This document shows positions 9,463 to 22,754 of a stretch of 64,000 nt of DNA, piece after piece. The notes beneath the pieces were generated by a model. It made no database searches, was not told where the DNA came from, and was given only the letters and a program-made list of their open reading frames with translations. Origin of the DNA: Candidatus Eiseniibacteriota bacterium (GTDB taxonomy: Bacteria; Eisenbacteria; RBG-16-71-46; CAIMUX01; VGJL01); contig VGJL01000005.1 of assembly GCA_016867495.1 (NCBI GenBank), positions 720 through 64,719 of the forward strand, read 5' to 3'. Position 1 is the first letter of the stretch; every line of letters starts with the position of its first letter. The translations under genes and the position numbers were made by a program.

Positions 9463-11711
9463 ACGGCTCGGGCAGGAGGGTTCGGGGGCGTCCGAGGCGC
9501 CTGGGCGGCGTGTGCGGAGCCGCGCTCGGGGCGCTCGTCCTGGCCCGAATCGGAAGTGGCGCGCCGGCATGGCCGGAGCCTTCGATCGATCCGCTGGCGA
9601 CGGAGCTCGTGCCGGAGGCGTTCTCGGAGTCGGCGCGGGGCATGGCCGACTCCGTGCGCGCGATGATCGACACCCTGCTTGCCGCCTCTCCTCCTCCTCC
9701 CGATCGTCCGTCCCCGCTCCTCGTGGGCTGGATCGCCGATCGCCTCGCCTATGGGGGCGCGCAAACGGTTGCCGCCTTCATCGTCTCCTATTCTCCGGTC
9801 GACTGGGCGCAGGCCGACCCCTCGGGTCTGCTTCCTCTCGCGGCGGCCCTCGCATGCGCGGAGGCGGAGCGACCTCGCGACGCCCTGCGCTGGATCGAGG
9901 AGGGAAGGATGCCGCCGGGTCTTGGGCAGTACCGCGATCTCCTCAGGCTCGAGCTCCTCGACATGGCTTTCGACTCCGCGGCGGCAGCTCTTCACGCCGA
10001 GGAGCTGCGCGCCCGCTTCCCGCGCGAGGAATGGACGCTTCCGGCCGCGAGGCGACTGCTTCGCGCGAAAGAACGGGCCGGAGACGCCGAGGGCCTCTTG
10101 AGGGAAGGAGAGCGGATGCGCCGAACGCTCGGGCGCGGCGCCGACGAGACGGCCGCGCGTTTTCGCGCCCTTCTGGCCCTCGGAAGGCATGGGGCGGCCC
10201 GGGCGGTCGGGGACACGCTCCTTCGCGAGCATCCGGGGACGCGGACCGCGCGGATGGAGGCGCTGCGGAGGTTTCGAGAAGCTCCGGAGCTCGCTGCGCG
10301 GCGCGAAGGGGGCGCCCTCTTCCGCGTGCTCATGCGCCATGGGATGCTCGACTCCGCAGAGTCCCTCCTGGTCCTCATGGGCGATCCCGACTCGATGCGA
10401 ATCGTCTGGCTGGAAGGTCTCCTGCAGGGGCGGCGCAACGGTGAAGTGCTCGATCGAACCGACTCCCGGAGATGCCCGGCCGACCCTTCGCTTGCGGCGA
10501 GATGGCACCTGGTCCGCGCTCGCGCCGCGCGCAACAGCGCCCGCTGGGACCCGATGGCCCGCGCCTACGCATCGGCGGCCGCCTTCGGCAGAGAGACGCG
10601 GCAGCGGGCGCTGGTCGAGTGGGGAAGAGAGGCGGAGTCGGAGGGGCGTGAAGCTCTCGCCGATTCGCTCTATACGCTTCTCGCCGAGCTTCCCGCGATG
10701 GCCTCGGAAGGACGCCTGCGGAGGGCGATCGCCCGCTTCGCCGCGGGACTCTGGGGCGAGGCGCTCCGCGATCTGGATCTTCTCGGCGGAACCGACCAGG
10801 CCACAGCGGCGGCCTTCTGGCGATTCAAGATCCACGAGGGTCGCGCCGACTCGGTCGCGGCGAAGGGCGCTCTTGCCGAGGCGAGACGCGGCAGCGGCTA
10901 CTACGCGAGGCGAGCGGACGCCGAATGGAGGCGGCGGAGCAGGGGCGAGAGCGAGGAGTTCTGGAGGCTGGAGTTGGAGGAGCTCCGCCGCCCAGGCGGC
11001 GCGATGGGCGTGAGGGACACCCTGCGCTGCCCCCCGGCCGGGCCGGCAGCGATCGAGCACGCCAGGCTTCTTCGTCTCTTTCGCCGATTCGGTCGCGTCG
11101 ATTGGGCGGATGACCGGCGGCGCGCTCTCGAAGGGGCTCTCGCTCCCGAGGGGCGCGCTGAGGCGTTTCTTTGCCTGGGCCTGCCGGACCTGGCGATCCG
11201 GGCGGGCATTCTCGGCGGCGGCTCGGCGCCCCATCTGCGGTATCCTCGCCCCTACTGGGCCTGGGTTCTCCGGGAGGCTCGGGCAGTTGCTTTGAGGCCC
11301 GAGTTCATCTGGGCGCTCGCCCGCAGAGAGTCGCTCTTCGATCCGGGCGCCGTCTCGAGCGCCGGCGCTACCGGGCTTCTCCAGCTGATGAAGCCGACCG
11401 CGCGGGAGACGGCCGAACGCTGGGGAATGCCAGCCGCTCCTCTCGAACGAGGGGATCGGAACCTCGCGCTCGGATGCCGCCACATGCGCGATCTGATGGA
11501 CGACAACGACTGGCCGCTCCCGGCCCTGGTGGCCGCGTACAACGCCGGGGCTGCCAAGGCGAGCGAGTGGGCCGCGCGCTGGAGCGATCCGGACCTGCTC
11601 ATCGAACGGGTCGGGTGGCGAGAGACGCGCGAGTTCGTTCGCTTCGTGCTGGACGGTTATTGGACCTACTGTTACGCCTATGAGTCGGAACGGGGGAGGA
11701 CGCGGGAATGA
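9459..11711 (+). CDS. Soluble lytic transglycosylase (SLT domain) with helical N-terminal region
   Basis: GTGA overlap with guaA; ARRESLFDPGAVSSAGATGLLQLM, AAYNAG, ETREFV. Confidence 0.85.
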   Translation: MNGSGRRVRGRPRRLGGVCGAALGALVLARIGSGAPAWPEPSIDPLATELVPEAFSESARGMADSVRAMIDTLLAASPPPPDRPSPLLVGWIADRLAYGGAQTVAAFIVSYSPVDWAQADPSGLLPLAAALACAEAERPRDALRWIEEGRMPPGLGQYRDLLRLELLDMAFDSAAAALHAEELRARFPREEWTLPAARRLLRAKERAGDAEGLLREGERMRRTLGRGADETAARFRALLALGRHGAARAVGDTLLREHPGTRTARMEALRRFREAPELAARREGGALFRVLMRHGMLDSAESLLVLMGDPDSMRIVWLEGLLQGRRNGEVLDRTDSRRCPADPSLAARWHLVRARAARNSARWDPMARAYASAAAFGRETRQRALVEWGREAESEGREALADSLYTLLAELPAMASEGRLRRAIARFAAGLWGEALRDLDLLGGTDQATAAAFWRFKIHEGRADSVAAKGALAEARRGSGYYARRADAEWRRRSRGESEEFWRLELEELRRPGGAMGVRDTLRCPPAGPAAIEHARLLRLFRRFGRVDWADDRRRALEGALAPEGRAEAFLCLGLPDLAIRAGILGGGSAPHLRYPRPYWAWVLREARAVALRPEFIWALARRESLFDPGAVSSAGATGLLQLMKPTARETAERWGMPAAPLERGDRNLALGCRHMRDLMDDNDWPLPALVAAYNAGAAKASEWAARWSDPDLLIERVGWRETREFVRFVLDGYWTYCYAYESERGRTRE

Positions 11712-12280
11712 GGTTTCTCTCCGAGGTCCGCCGCAAGGCCTTCCATCTCTCGGGGGTCGTCGTGCCGATCGGCTACTACCTGACGCCCGAGCCGGCGGGG
11801 CGGCACATTCTGCTCGCCCTGACCGTCCTGGCCCTTCTCGCCGACCTGGTGCGCCTGAACGAACGGCGGGTGCGGACGTTCTTCTACTACATCTTCGGGA
11901 GCATCGTCCGCGACCACGAGAGGAACAACCTCCTGGGATCGACCTACGTCCTTCTCTCCGCTCTGCTCTGTTCTTACGCATTCGATAGAGAGATCGCGAT
12001 CGCCTCGATGGCCTTCCTCTCCCTGGGAGATGGGATGGCCGCCATCGTCGGCAGACGCTTCGGCCGCCCCCGCCTCTTTGGGAAGTCGATCGAGGGTAGC
12101 CTCGCCTGCTTCCTCTCCTGCCTCGCCGCGGCCTGGCTTTACCCGGGCGACCCGTTCACGTGGCGTATGATGTTGGGAGGAGCGGCGATGGCGGCGATCT
12201 TCGAGCTGCTGCCCATACCGCTCGATGACAACATGCGGATATCTCTCTCCGCCGGGTTTACGATGACGCTGTTGCGATAG
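11708..12280 (+). CDS. CTP-dependent polyprenol/phytol/diacylglycerol kinase family membrane protein
   Basis: RRKAFHL, GDGMAAIVGRRFG, KSIEGS, DDN motifs; hydrophobic. Confidence 0.8.
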   Translation: MRFLSEVRRKAFHLSGVVVPIGYYLTPEPAGRHILLALTVLALLADLVRLNERRVRTFFYYIFGSIVRDHERNNLLGSTYVLLSALLCSYAFDREIAIASMAFLSLGDGMAAIVGRRFGRPRLFGKSIEGSLACFLSCLAAAWLYPGDPFTWRMMLGGAAMAAIFELLPIPLDDNMRISLSAGFTMTLLR

Positions 12281-12335
12281 CGACAGGATACGAATCGGCC
12301 ATGGTTGATCGCCAGTCGAGGAGAGTGGAGTCAAG

Positions 12336-15449
<3,114 letters not shown>

Positions 15450-15456
15450 GGTGTCC

Positions 15457-17718
15457 ATGAGCAGTTCGCTGATCATTGTCGAGTCGCCGGCCAAGGCCCG
15501 CACCATCGGCAAGTTCGCAGGGAAGGGGTACAAGGTCATCGCCTCGATGGGGCACATACGCGATCTCCCCAAGACGAAGCTTGGAGTCGACGTCGAGCGC
15601 GACTTCGCCCCGCAGTACGTCACCCTCCGTTCGAAGGCGAAGGTGCTGAAGGAGCTTCGCGAGAGCGCCAAGGGGACCAAGCGGATCCTGCTTGCTCCCG
15701 ACCCCGATCGGGAGGGCGAGGCGATCGCCTGGCATCTGGCCGACTACCTGGCGGGGGCAGGGGTTCCGATCCTGAGGATGGAATTCAACGAGATCACGAA
15801 GAGCGCGATCCAGGCCGCCCTCAGCCGGCCGCGCGAGATCGATCAGAATCTCGTGGATGCCCAGCAGGCCCGGCGCGTGATGGACCGCCTGGTGGGCTAC
15901 CAGGTCTCTCCGTTCCTCTGGACAACCGTCCGGTACGGCCTGTCGGCAGGTCGGGTACAATCGGTCGCCCTGAGGATGATCTGCGACCGAGAGGATGAGA
16001 TCGAGCGATTCCAGGTCGCGGAGTACTGGACTCTGGATGTCCTGCTGCTGACGGGACGGCGGGAGACGTTGCGCGTTCGCCTCGTGCGAACGGACGGCGA
16101 GAAGTCCCACCTGCCGGATGAGGCCGCCGCAGATCGCGTGATCGAGGAACTGCGGCGGCAGGCCTTCGCGGTCTCTGACGTCAAGACCCAGACCCGCAAG
16201 CGCAACCCGTTTCCGCCCTTCATCACCTCCACGCTTCAGCAGGAGGGGTACAGGCGACTGCGCTTCCCCGCCAAGAAGACGATGGCAGTCGCGCAGGAGC
16301 TCTATGAGGGGCTTGCGATCGGAACCGAAGAGACCGCGGGGCTCATCACCTACATGCGCACCGACTCGACGCGCATCGGCGCCGAGGCGCAGGAGGAGGC
16401 GCGCGCCTTCATCCAGAGGAGCTTCGGCGCGGAGTACCTTCCGGAGGGCCGGCCGAGCTATCCATCGCGGGCGCGGGCGCAGGATGCCCACGAGGCGATC
16501 CGTCCGACCTCCGTCTTGCGGACGCCCGACTCCCTGCGGCGCCACCTCACGGCCGACCAGTGGCGGCTCTATGGGTTGATCTGGAACCGCTTCGTCGCTT
16601 CTCAGATGGCGCCGGCCCTCGGGGAAGTGACGACGATCGAGGTGACGGCGGGCCGGCACCTGCTGAGGGCAACCGGCAGCCGCCAGCTCTTCGACGGCTT
16701 CACGCGCCTCTACGAGGACAAGCCGGATGAGGACGCCTCAGCGCTCGGTCCCGACGAACAGGGCGGAAGCCTTCCCGAGGTCGCGGTGGGCGAGAGTCTC
16801 GAACACCGCTCGGACGAGAAAGAGCAGCACTTCACGCAGCCTCCCCCCCGCTACACGGAGGCGACGCTGGTGAAGGCGCTCGAGGAGAAGGGAATCGGGC
16901 GGCCGTCGACCTACGCGACGATCGTCAGCACCATTCTGACGCGCGCCTACGTCCAGAGGGAGAAGGGGAGGCTTCATCCGAGCGACCTCGGCCGGACGGT
17001 GACCAGGCTCTTGGTGCACGCCTTTCCCGACATTCTGGAGATCGACTTCACGGCCCGGATGGAGACCGAGCTCGACAAGATCGAGACGGGAGAGGACCAG
17101 TGGGTCGATGTCGTCCGCTCCTTCTACGAGCCGTTCAAGAAGGACCTGAGCGCGGCGGAATCGAGCAAGGAGGCGCTCAAGAGCGCCGTCCAGGTGGAGA
17201 GCGACCAGGCGTGCGATCTCTGCGGGTCGACGCTGGTCAAGAAGTTCGGTCGCAATGGGCCCTTCCTGGCGTGCCCGCGCTATCCGGACTGCAAGTTCAC
17301 GAAGCCCCTGAAGGAGGAGGAGATCCCCGTCCCGACAGGGGAGTCGTGCCCGAATTGCGGGTCGCCGATGGTGGTGCGGACCGGCCGCTTCGGCCGCTTC
17401 GTGGCCTGCCAGGACTACCCGAAGTGCAAGACGACCGCCTCGGTTCGCACGGGCGTCTCGTGCCCAATGGAGGGCTGCCCGGGACACCTCGTGGAGAAGC
17501 GCGGGCGCAAGAGGGGACGGGTCTTCTATGCGTGCGACCAGTATCCTAGATGCAGTTACGCCGTCTGGAACCGGCCGGTCGCGCAGGCCTGCCCTTCCTG
17601 CGGATTTCCCCTCCTGATCGAGAAGGAGACCAAGGCGAAGGGATTCCACTATCAGTGTCCGCGAAAGGAGTGCGGGAGCGTGGTGCAGCCCGAGCTTCCG
17701 GCCGGGGCGAAGGACTGA
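15457..17718 (+). CDS. topA: DNA topoisomerase I
   Basis: LIIVESPAKA, DPDREGEAIA, SAGRVQS, ITYMRTDS, four C-terminal zinc ribbons. Confidence 0.97.
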   Translation: MSSSLIIVESPAKARTIGKFAGKGYKVIASMGHIRDLPKTKLGVDVERDFAPQYVTLRSKAKVLKELRESAKGTKRILLAPDPDREGEAIAWHLADYLAGAGVPILRMEFNEITKSAIQAALSRPREIDQNLVDAQQARRVMDRLVGYQVSPFLWTTVRYGLSAGRVQSVALRMICDREDEIERFQVAEYWTLDVLLLTGRRETLRVRLVRTDGEKSHLPDEAAADRVIEELRRQAFAVSDVKTQTRKRNPFPPFITSTLQQEGYRRLRFPAKKTMAVAQELYEGLAIGTEETAGLITYMRTDSTRIGAEAQEEARAFIQRSFGAEYLPEGRPSYPSRARAQDAHEAIRPTSVLRTPDSLRRHLTADQWRLYGLIWNRFVASQMAPALGEVTTIEVTAGRHLLRATGSRQLFDGFTRLYEDKPDEDASALGPDEQGGSLPEVAVGESLEHRSDEKEQHFTQPPPRYTEATLVKALEEKGIGRPSTYATIVSTILTRAYVQREKGRLHPSDLGRTVTRLLVHAFPDILEIDFTARMETELDKIETGEDQWVDVVRSFYEPFKKDLSAAESSKEALKSAVQVESDQACDLCGSTLVKKFGRNGPFLACPRYPDCKFTKPLKEEEIPVPTGESCPNCGSPMVVRTGRFGRFVACQDYPKCKTTASVRTGVSCPMEGCPGHLVEKRGRKRGRVFYACDQYPRCSYAVWNRPVAQACPSCGFPLLIEKETKAKGFHYQCPRKECGSVVQPELPAGAKD

Positions 17719-17757
17719 CGCGTGAAGGAGAGCGAGCACAGGACGGGGGAGGGGGGC

Positions 17758-18669
17758 ATGACGCTCTCCGGAGCGCTGGAGAACTGGATCGAGAGGCAGT
17801 TGCTCGCCGTCGAGGGGAAGAGCCCCCACACGGCGAGCGCGTACCGCCGCGATCTGCGCCTCTTCCTGGAATGGGCCGCCGAACACGGGAAGGATGCGTG
17901 GGCCGCCTGGCGGCTTCCGGTCCTGCGCGCCTACATGAGCGTGCTGACGACGCGAGGGACCAAGGCCTCGACGGTGATCCGGAAGGTCGCGGCGCTGCGC
18001 TCCTTCGGTCGCTACCTCCTCCTCCGCCGCCTGATCGGCGAGGATCCGGCCTCGCGGCTGGTGTTGCCCCGTCCGGGGAAGCGGCTTCCTCGATTCATCC
18101 CCGAGCCCGAACTGGCCCGGCTGCTCAACGGCCCCTGGCCGGGCGATTGGAGGGCCCTTCGCGACCGGGCGATCATCGAGCTGCTCTATGGGACGGGGAT
18201 GCGCCTCTCGGAGCTTGTGGGGCTCGACCTGGAGGATGTCGATCCGAGAAGCGGCACGGCCCGCGTGATGGGCAAGGGGGGGAAGGAGAGGATCGTCTGC
18301 TTCGGCCCGCCCGCGGCGGATGCGCTCCGCGCCTATCTCTCCGCGACGGCCGAAGGGGGCAGGAGACGCGAGGGGAGCGCTCTCCTGGTGGGACCGAGTG
18401 GAAGGAGGCTCCATCCGAGGACCGTCCAGAGGCGGGTGGCCCTGCACCTCCGCCGGCTGGCGCGCGCGGGAGGGACGTCCCCTCACGCTCTCCGCCACAG
18501 CTTCGCGACACACCTGCTCGACCGGGGTGCGGAGATCCGGGCCATCCAGGAGCTGCTCGGGCACGCGAATCTCGGAACGACGCAGATCTATACACACGTC
18601 TCGGTAGAGGCCCTGCGAGAGGCCGTCGACCGCTGTCATCCTCGCTCCCGCAGGGGAGCGAGAGTGTGA
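17758..18669 (+). CDS. xerC: Tyrosine recombinase XerC/XerD family
   Basis: [34 protein letters not shown]...TTQIYTHV; follows topA; alternative start GTG 17722. Confidence 0.85.
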   Translation: MTLSGALENWIERQLLAVEGKSPHTASAYRRDLRLFLEWAAEHGKDAWAAWRLPVLRAYMSVLTTRGTKASTVIRKVAALRSFGRYLLLRRLIGEDPASRLVLPRPGKRLPRFIPEPELARLLNGPWPGDWRALRDRAIIELLYGTGMRLSELVGLDLEDVDPRSGTARVMGKGGKERIVCFGPPAADALRAYLSATAEGGRRREGSALLVGPSGRRLHPRTVQRRVALHLRRLARAGGTSPHALRHSFATHLLDRGAEIRAIQELLGHANLGTTQIYTHVSVEALREAVDRCHPRSRRGARV

Positions 18670-18680
18670 GGGGAGGGGAG

Positions 18681-19613
18681 ATGGGAAAGACCGACTTTCT
18701 GGCGATCGCCGACTTCGGCAGGAAGGAGCTTCAGCTCCTGCTGGACCTGGCGGGGACGTTGAAGGACGCATGGCGGTCCGGCAAGAGCGATCCGAGGCTC
18801 GCGGGGAAGGTGCTCGCCTGTGTCTTTCACAAACCGTCGCTGCGCACGAGGATGTCCTTCGAGGTCGGGATGGCGCAGCTGGGCGGCCGGTCGCTCTATG
18901 TGACGGACGCGGAGATCGGCTTCGGGAAGCGCGAGTCGATCCACGATATCGCGCGCGTTCTGTCGCGGTACGTAGATGCGATCATGATCCGCACTTTCAG
19001 CCAGGAGCATGTGCGCGAACTGGCGCGCCATGCCCGCGTGCCCGTGATCAACGGTCTGACCGATTCGGACCACCCGTGCCAGATCCTCTCCGACCTCTTC
19101 ACCATCCGGGAGAAGGGAGTCGCGCTCGACGGCCTGTCGGTCGCCTGGATCGGCGACGGAAACAACGTCGCCAAGAGCTGGATCGACGCGGCGCTCGCCT
19201 TCGAGCTCGATCTGAGGCTCGCCTGCCCCGCCGGATACGACCCCGATCCCGCGGCCCTCGCCCGCGTCGAGCGCGAAGGGCGCGGCAGGGTCCGCCTCCT
19301 GCGCGACCCCGAGGAGGCTGTCCAGGGAGCGCGGGTCCTCTATACCGACACATGGACCAGCATGGGCCAGGAGGGCGAGGCAGAGGAGCGGAGGGCCGCC
19401 TTCCGCGGCTTCCGGGTCGACGAGCCGCTTGTCGCCAGGGCCGCGCCCGGCGCTCTCGTGATGCACTGCCTGCCGGCGCATCGCGGCGAGGAGATCGTCG
19501 ACGCCGTCATGGATGGGCCTCAGAGCGTCGTATTCGATCAGGCCGAGAACAGGCTACACGCCCAGAAGGCGATCCTGGTGCACTGCATCTCCTCGGCCGC
19601 GCGCCCGGTCTAG
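18681..19613 (+). CDS. argF: Ornithine carbamoyltransferase
   Basis: KPSLRTR, HPCQ, DTWTSMG, HCLP, QAENRLH. Confidence 0.93.
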   Translation: MGKTDFLAIADFGRKELQLLLDLAGTLKDAWRSGKSDPRLAGKVLACVFHKPSLRTRMSFEVGMAQLGGRSLYVTDAEIGFGKRESIHDIARVLSRYVDAIMIRTFSQEHVRELARHARVPVINGLTDSDHPCQILSDLFTIREKGVALDGLSVAWIGDGNNVAKSWIDAALAFELDLRLACPAGYDPDPAALARVEREGRGRVRLLRDPEEAVQGARVLYTDTWTSMGQEGEAEERRAAFRGFRVDEPLVARAAPGALVMHCLPAHRGEEIVDAVMDGPQSVVFDQAENRLHAQKAILVHCISSAARPV

Positions 19614-19630
19614 CCGGGAGGCCGCGCCTC

Positions 19631-20881
19631 ATGCGGGCCCTGACGTCGTGCGGACTCTGGCCGATCGCTGCGGTCATCGCAGTCTGCGCGCTCCATGCCG
19701 ACTGCGCCAAGGTAGTCTCGCCGGGCGGCGGGCCTGAAGATCGATCGACGCCGCGAGTCGTATCCCTCTCGCCGGACTCCGGATCGGTCTGGGCGCGCCC
19801 CGAGACTCTGTCGATCCGCTTCAGCAAACCGATGGACCGCCGGAGCGTGCGCGACTGGCTCTTCGTGACGCCGCGCGTCGCAGTCGCGGAGTCGCGCTGG
19901 AGGCGGGCCTCACTCGACCTCATCCTGGGCAGCCCGCCCGATACCGGAAGGACCTACACGATCCTGCTCGGTTCGGAGGTTGTCGATCGGCGTGGAAACG
20001 CGCTCGGGCCGTATGCGACGGCATTCTCGACCGGATCCCGGCTTGACGGCGGGACAATCGAGGGCTCGATCATCGGCCGGCGCATCAAGCCGGCGGGCGT
20101 CTATCTCTATGTCTGGCTCTGGGACGACTCGGTCGCCGCCTCGGGCGAGATTCCCGAACCGGTGCGCATGGGGCAGTGCGATCGAGAAGGGAGATTCCGG
20201 ATCCCGTTCTTGCCGGCAGGCGTTCCCCTGCGAGTCTGCGCGCACCACGACGCGCGCCGCGACCGGGTTTTCGATCCGGAAGAGGACATCTGGGGCTGCT
20301 CCGAGGAGTCCGTTCTCCTGTGCGACTCATCGCTCGTTCGCACCGGGCTCGAGATCTACCTGGTCTGGCCGGAGGAACCGGGGAGCCTCGCGGGTAGCGC
20401 GATCGACAGCAGCTGCATCGGCCGCGGGGCCGAGGCGCTGGCGGGCCTCCAGAAGGAGCGCGACAGCCTTGCCGTTCTCCTCGGGCTCCGCAACGGGGAG
20501 GCGGGCGCCTCGAACGATTCTCTCCGGGGATTCCGTCCCGATGTCGGCCGTGACCTCGATACGGCGTCGGTCCGCGCTCGCTTCGATGGAATGCCGGCGA
20601 TGATCGTTGAAGCGCGGCTCGACTCGGCCCGCTGCGCGATGCCGCTGATTGTCAGGCTGGTCGATCCGGACAGCGGGCTGGTCGCCGAAGTCCGTGGGGA
20701 CGGGGCGTTCAGCTTCCGCGATCTGGCGCCGGGCACCTACCATCTCCGCGCCTTCCGGGATCTCGACGCCGATGGAGTGCCCGACAGCGGCGAGGCCTCC
20801 GGGGAGTTTCCTTTCCCGATCGAGCTCCTGCCCGGGCGGAACCAGACCGGGGTCGACTTCCCTCTCCGTCCCCGCCCGTAA
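19631..20881 (+). CDS. Probable lipoprotein with Ig-like (Big_5) domain and DUF2141-like C-terminus
   Basis: Signal peptide then CAKVVSPGGGPEDRSTP; IRFSKPMDR; PGTYHLRAFRDLDADG. Confidence 0.65.
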   Translation: MRALTSCGLWPIAAVIAVCALHADCAKVVSPGGGPEDRSTPRVVSLSPDSGSVWARPETLSIRFSKPMDRRSVRDWLFVTPRVAVAESRWRRASLDLILGSPPDTGRTYTILLGSEVVDRRGNALGPYATAFSTGSRLDGGTIEGSIIGRRIKPAGVYLYVWLWDDSVAASGEIPEPVRMGQCDREGRFRIPFLPAGVPLRVCAHHDARRDRVFDPEEDIWGCSEESVLLCDSSLVRTGLEIYLVWPEEPGSLAGSAIDSSCIGRGAEALAGLQKERDSLAVLLGLRNGEAGASNDSLRGFRPDVGRDLDTASVRARFDGMPAMIVEARLDSARCAMPLIVRLVDPDSGLVAEVRGDGAFSFRDLAPGTYHLRAFRDLDADGVPDSGEASGEFPFPIELLPGRNQTGVDFPLRPRP

Positions 20882-21008
20882 GCCGGAGGAGACGGGAGAG
20901 AGGCGGGAAGGCGAGGGAGCCGGTGGGATCGCCGGTTGCGCGGCATCCCCGTTTCGACGAAACTCGTGGAGTGGCGATCGTGCTCTGACGTGCATGGAAG
21001 GAGGCGGC

Positions 21009-21863
21009 ATGAAGGGGAAGTCCGAGGGGCCGGGTCCGGGGCTCCCCTTTCTCAAGCTGGAGGGAGCGGGGAACGACTTCGTCCTGTTCGACTTCCGGAC
21101 CCAGGACGGTCCCAAGTTCACCGCGCCGATGGCTCGTTTCATTCTCGATCGACACAGGGGGATCGGGGGAGACGGGCTCCTGATCCTGCGAACGAACTCA
21201 GCCGGCCGCGTGGTGGTCGATTACCGGAACGCCGACGGCAGCGCAGCCGAGTTCTGCGGCAATGGAGCGCGCTGCGCGGCGGCCATTCTCCTGGGCGAGG
21301 AACAGGGTCCGATCACTTTCCACCTGATGAAGATCGAGGTCGTCGCGAGACGGACGGGGGGCTCGATCGCCGTCCGAGTCGGCGTCGCGGAAGAGCGACC
21401 CATGCCGGAGCTGTCCCGCCTCCGCCCGCGACCGGCGGCTCTGATCAAGGCGGGAGTCGATCACTGGATCGTCCCGGTCGGCGACCTGAACGGACTCGAT
21501 GTGAGCGGTCTCGCCCAGCCGCTGCGCCATCACCCCTGGCCGGGTCCGAAGGGGGCCAATGTCACTTTCGTCGAGAAGCGGAGGAGCGAGATCCGGATCC
21601 GGACCTATGAGCGAGGCGTGGAGGGGGAGACCCTGTCCTGTGGGTCGGGCTGCGTCGCGGCGGCGCATTGGGCCCTTGCCGGCAGCCGCGGGCCGCTGCA
21701 GGTTCTGACGGAGGGGGAGGAGCTCATGCGGGTCTGGTTGGACGACTCCGGGCTCTACTGGCTCGAGGGCCCGACCGCCGCCGTCTACCAGGGGTTCTGG
21801 AGGTTCGACCGGCGCGTCCCGGGCTGGGCGGCGGAGGCGCGACAGACGGCGCGCAGGGGGTGA
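21009..21863 (+). CDS. dapF: Diaminopimelate epimerase
   Basis: GAGNDF, EFCGNGARC, GANVTF, RTYERGVEGETLSCGSG; AGGAGG SD. Confidence 0.93.
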   Translation: MKGKSEGPGPGLPFLKLEGAGNDFVLFDFRTQDGPKFTAPMARFILDRHRGIGGDGLLILRTNSAGRVVVDYRNADGSAAEFCGNGARCAAAILLGEEQGPITFHLMKIEVVARRTGGSIAVRVGVAEERPMPELSRLRPRPAALIKAGVDHWIVPVGDLNGLDVSGLAQPLRHHPWPGPKGANVTFVEKRRSEIRIRTYERGVEGETLSCGSGCVAAAHWALAGSRGPLQVLTEGEELMRVWLDDSGLYWLEGPTAAVYQGFWRFDRRVPGWAAEARQTARRG

Positions 21864-21867
21864 TCTC

Positions 21868-22746
21868 GTGTTCGAAGGCTTGACGACGGCCCTTGTGACG
21901 CCGTTCGCGGATGGCCGTCTCGATGAGGGCGCGGCCGAAAGGATCTTGGAACATCTCGTCGCGGGCGGTGTCCGCGGCTTGGTGCCTGCGGGATGCACGG
22001 GGGAAGCCGCGACGCTCGATCTGGCGGAGCGGGAGTGGTTGATTCGTGCTTGCGTGGCCGCCAGGTCGGCGGGGGGCTTCGTGCTGGCTGGCTGCGGGAC
22101 GAACGTCACGCGCACGACTTGCGACCTCGTGAAACGCGCGGAGCAATGGGGAGCCGACGGCGCCCTGGTGATCACCCCCTACTACAACAAGCCGACTCAG
22201 GAAGGGCTCTTCCGCCATTACGAGGAAGTCGCGCGCGCCTCGTCCCTGCCCATCGTCCTCTACAACGTTCCGGGGAGGACCGGTGTGAAGCTCGAGCCGG
22301 CGACAGTCCTGAGGCTTGGCGAGATCCCCGGGATCGTCGCGATCAAGGAAGCCTGCGGCTCGCTCGACCAGGTCTCCGAGCTTTGCGCCTCGGGGAGCAT
22401 GACCGTTCTCTCGGGCGACGACTCTCTCACTCTCCCGATGCTGGCTGTCGGAGCGGCCGGCGTCGTCTCCGTCGCCGCGAACCTCTTCCCCGCGGCGATT
22501 GCGCGCATGCTGGAGGCTCACCGCCGCGGCGATGAGGCGCAAGCGAGGCGCATCCACCTCGCGCTCTTCCCCCTCTTCAAGGGGCTCTTCATCGAAACGA
22601 ATCCGGGGCCGATCAAGCATCTCCTCGCCCGGCGCGGCCTGATCCGCGAGGAGCTGAGGCTGCCTCTGGTTCCCGTGTCGGCGGCGACCGCCGCAGAGTG
22701 CGATCGGATCGCCGAGGAATCGGAGCGCCGGCTGGGGGGGATCTGA
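21868..22746 (+). CDS. dapA: 4-hydroxy-tetrahydrodipicolinate synthase
   Basis: ALVTPF, GCTGE, PYYNKP, LYNVPGRT, IKEA, SGDD, ETNP. Confidence 0.95.
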   Translation: MFEGLTTALVTPFADGRLDEGAAERILEHLVAGGVRGLVPAGCTGEAATLDLAEREWLIRACVAARSAGGFVLAGCGTNVTRTTCDLVKRAEQWGADGALVITPYYNKPTQEGLFRHYEEVARASSLPIVLYNVPGRTGVKLEPATVLRLGEIPGIVAIKEACGSLDQVSELCASGSMTVLSGDDSLTLPMLAVGAAGVVSVAANLFPAAIARMLEAHRRGDEAQARRIHLALFPLFKGLFIETNPGPIKHLLARRGLIREELRLPLVPVSAATAAECDRIAEESERRLGGI

Positions 22747-22754
22747 CAGGGGAG

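Noticed and set aside
17758-18669. Tyrosine recombinase as a prophage or island integrase
   Set aside because: XerC-like size and motifs, housekeeping context after topA, and no att repeats, tRNA or cargo genes.
18681-19613. SLRT instead of STRT suggesting acetyl- or succinyl-ornithine carbamoyltransferase
   Set aside because: The ornithine-binding DxxxSMG loop and HCLP are intact, consistent with an ordinary OTCase variant.
21868-22746. GCTGE instead of GTTGE in DapA
   Set aside because: The other catalytic residues (second Thr, Tyr, Schiff-base Lys) and the dapF/dapB context are intact; minor variant.
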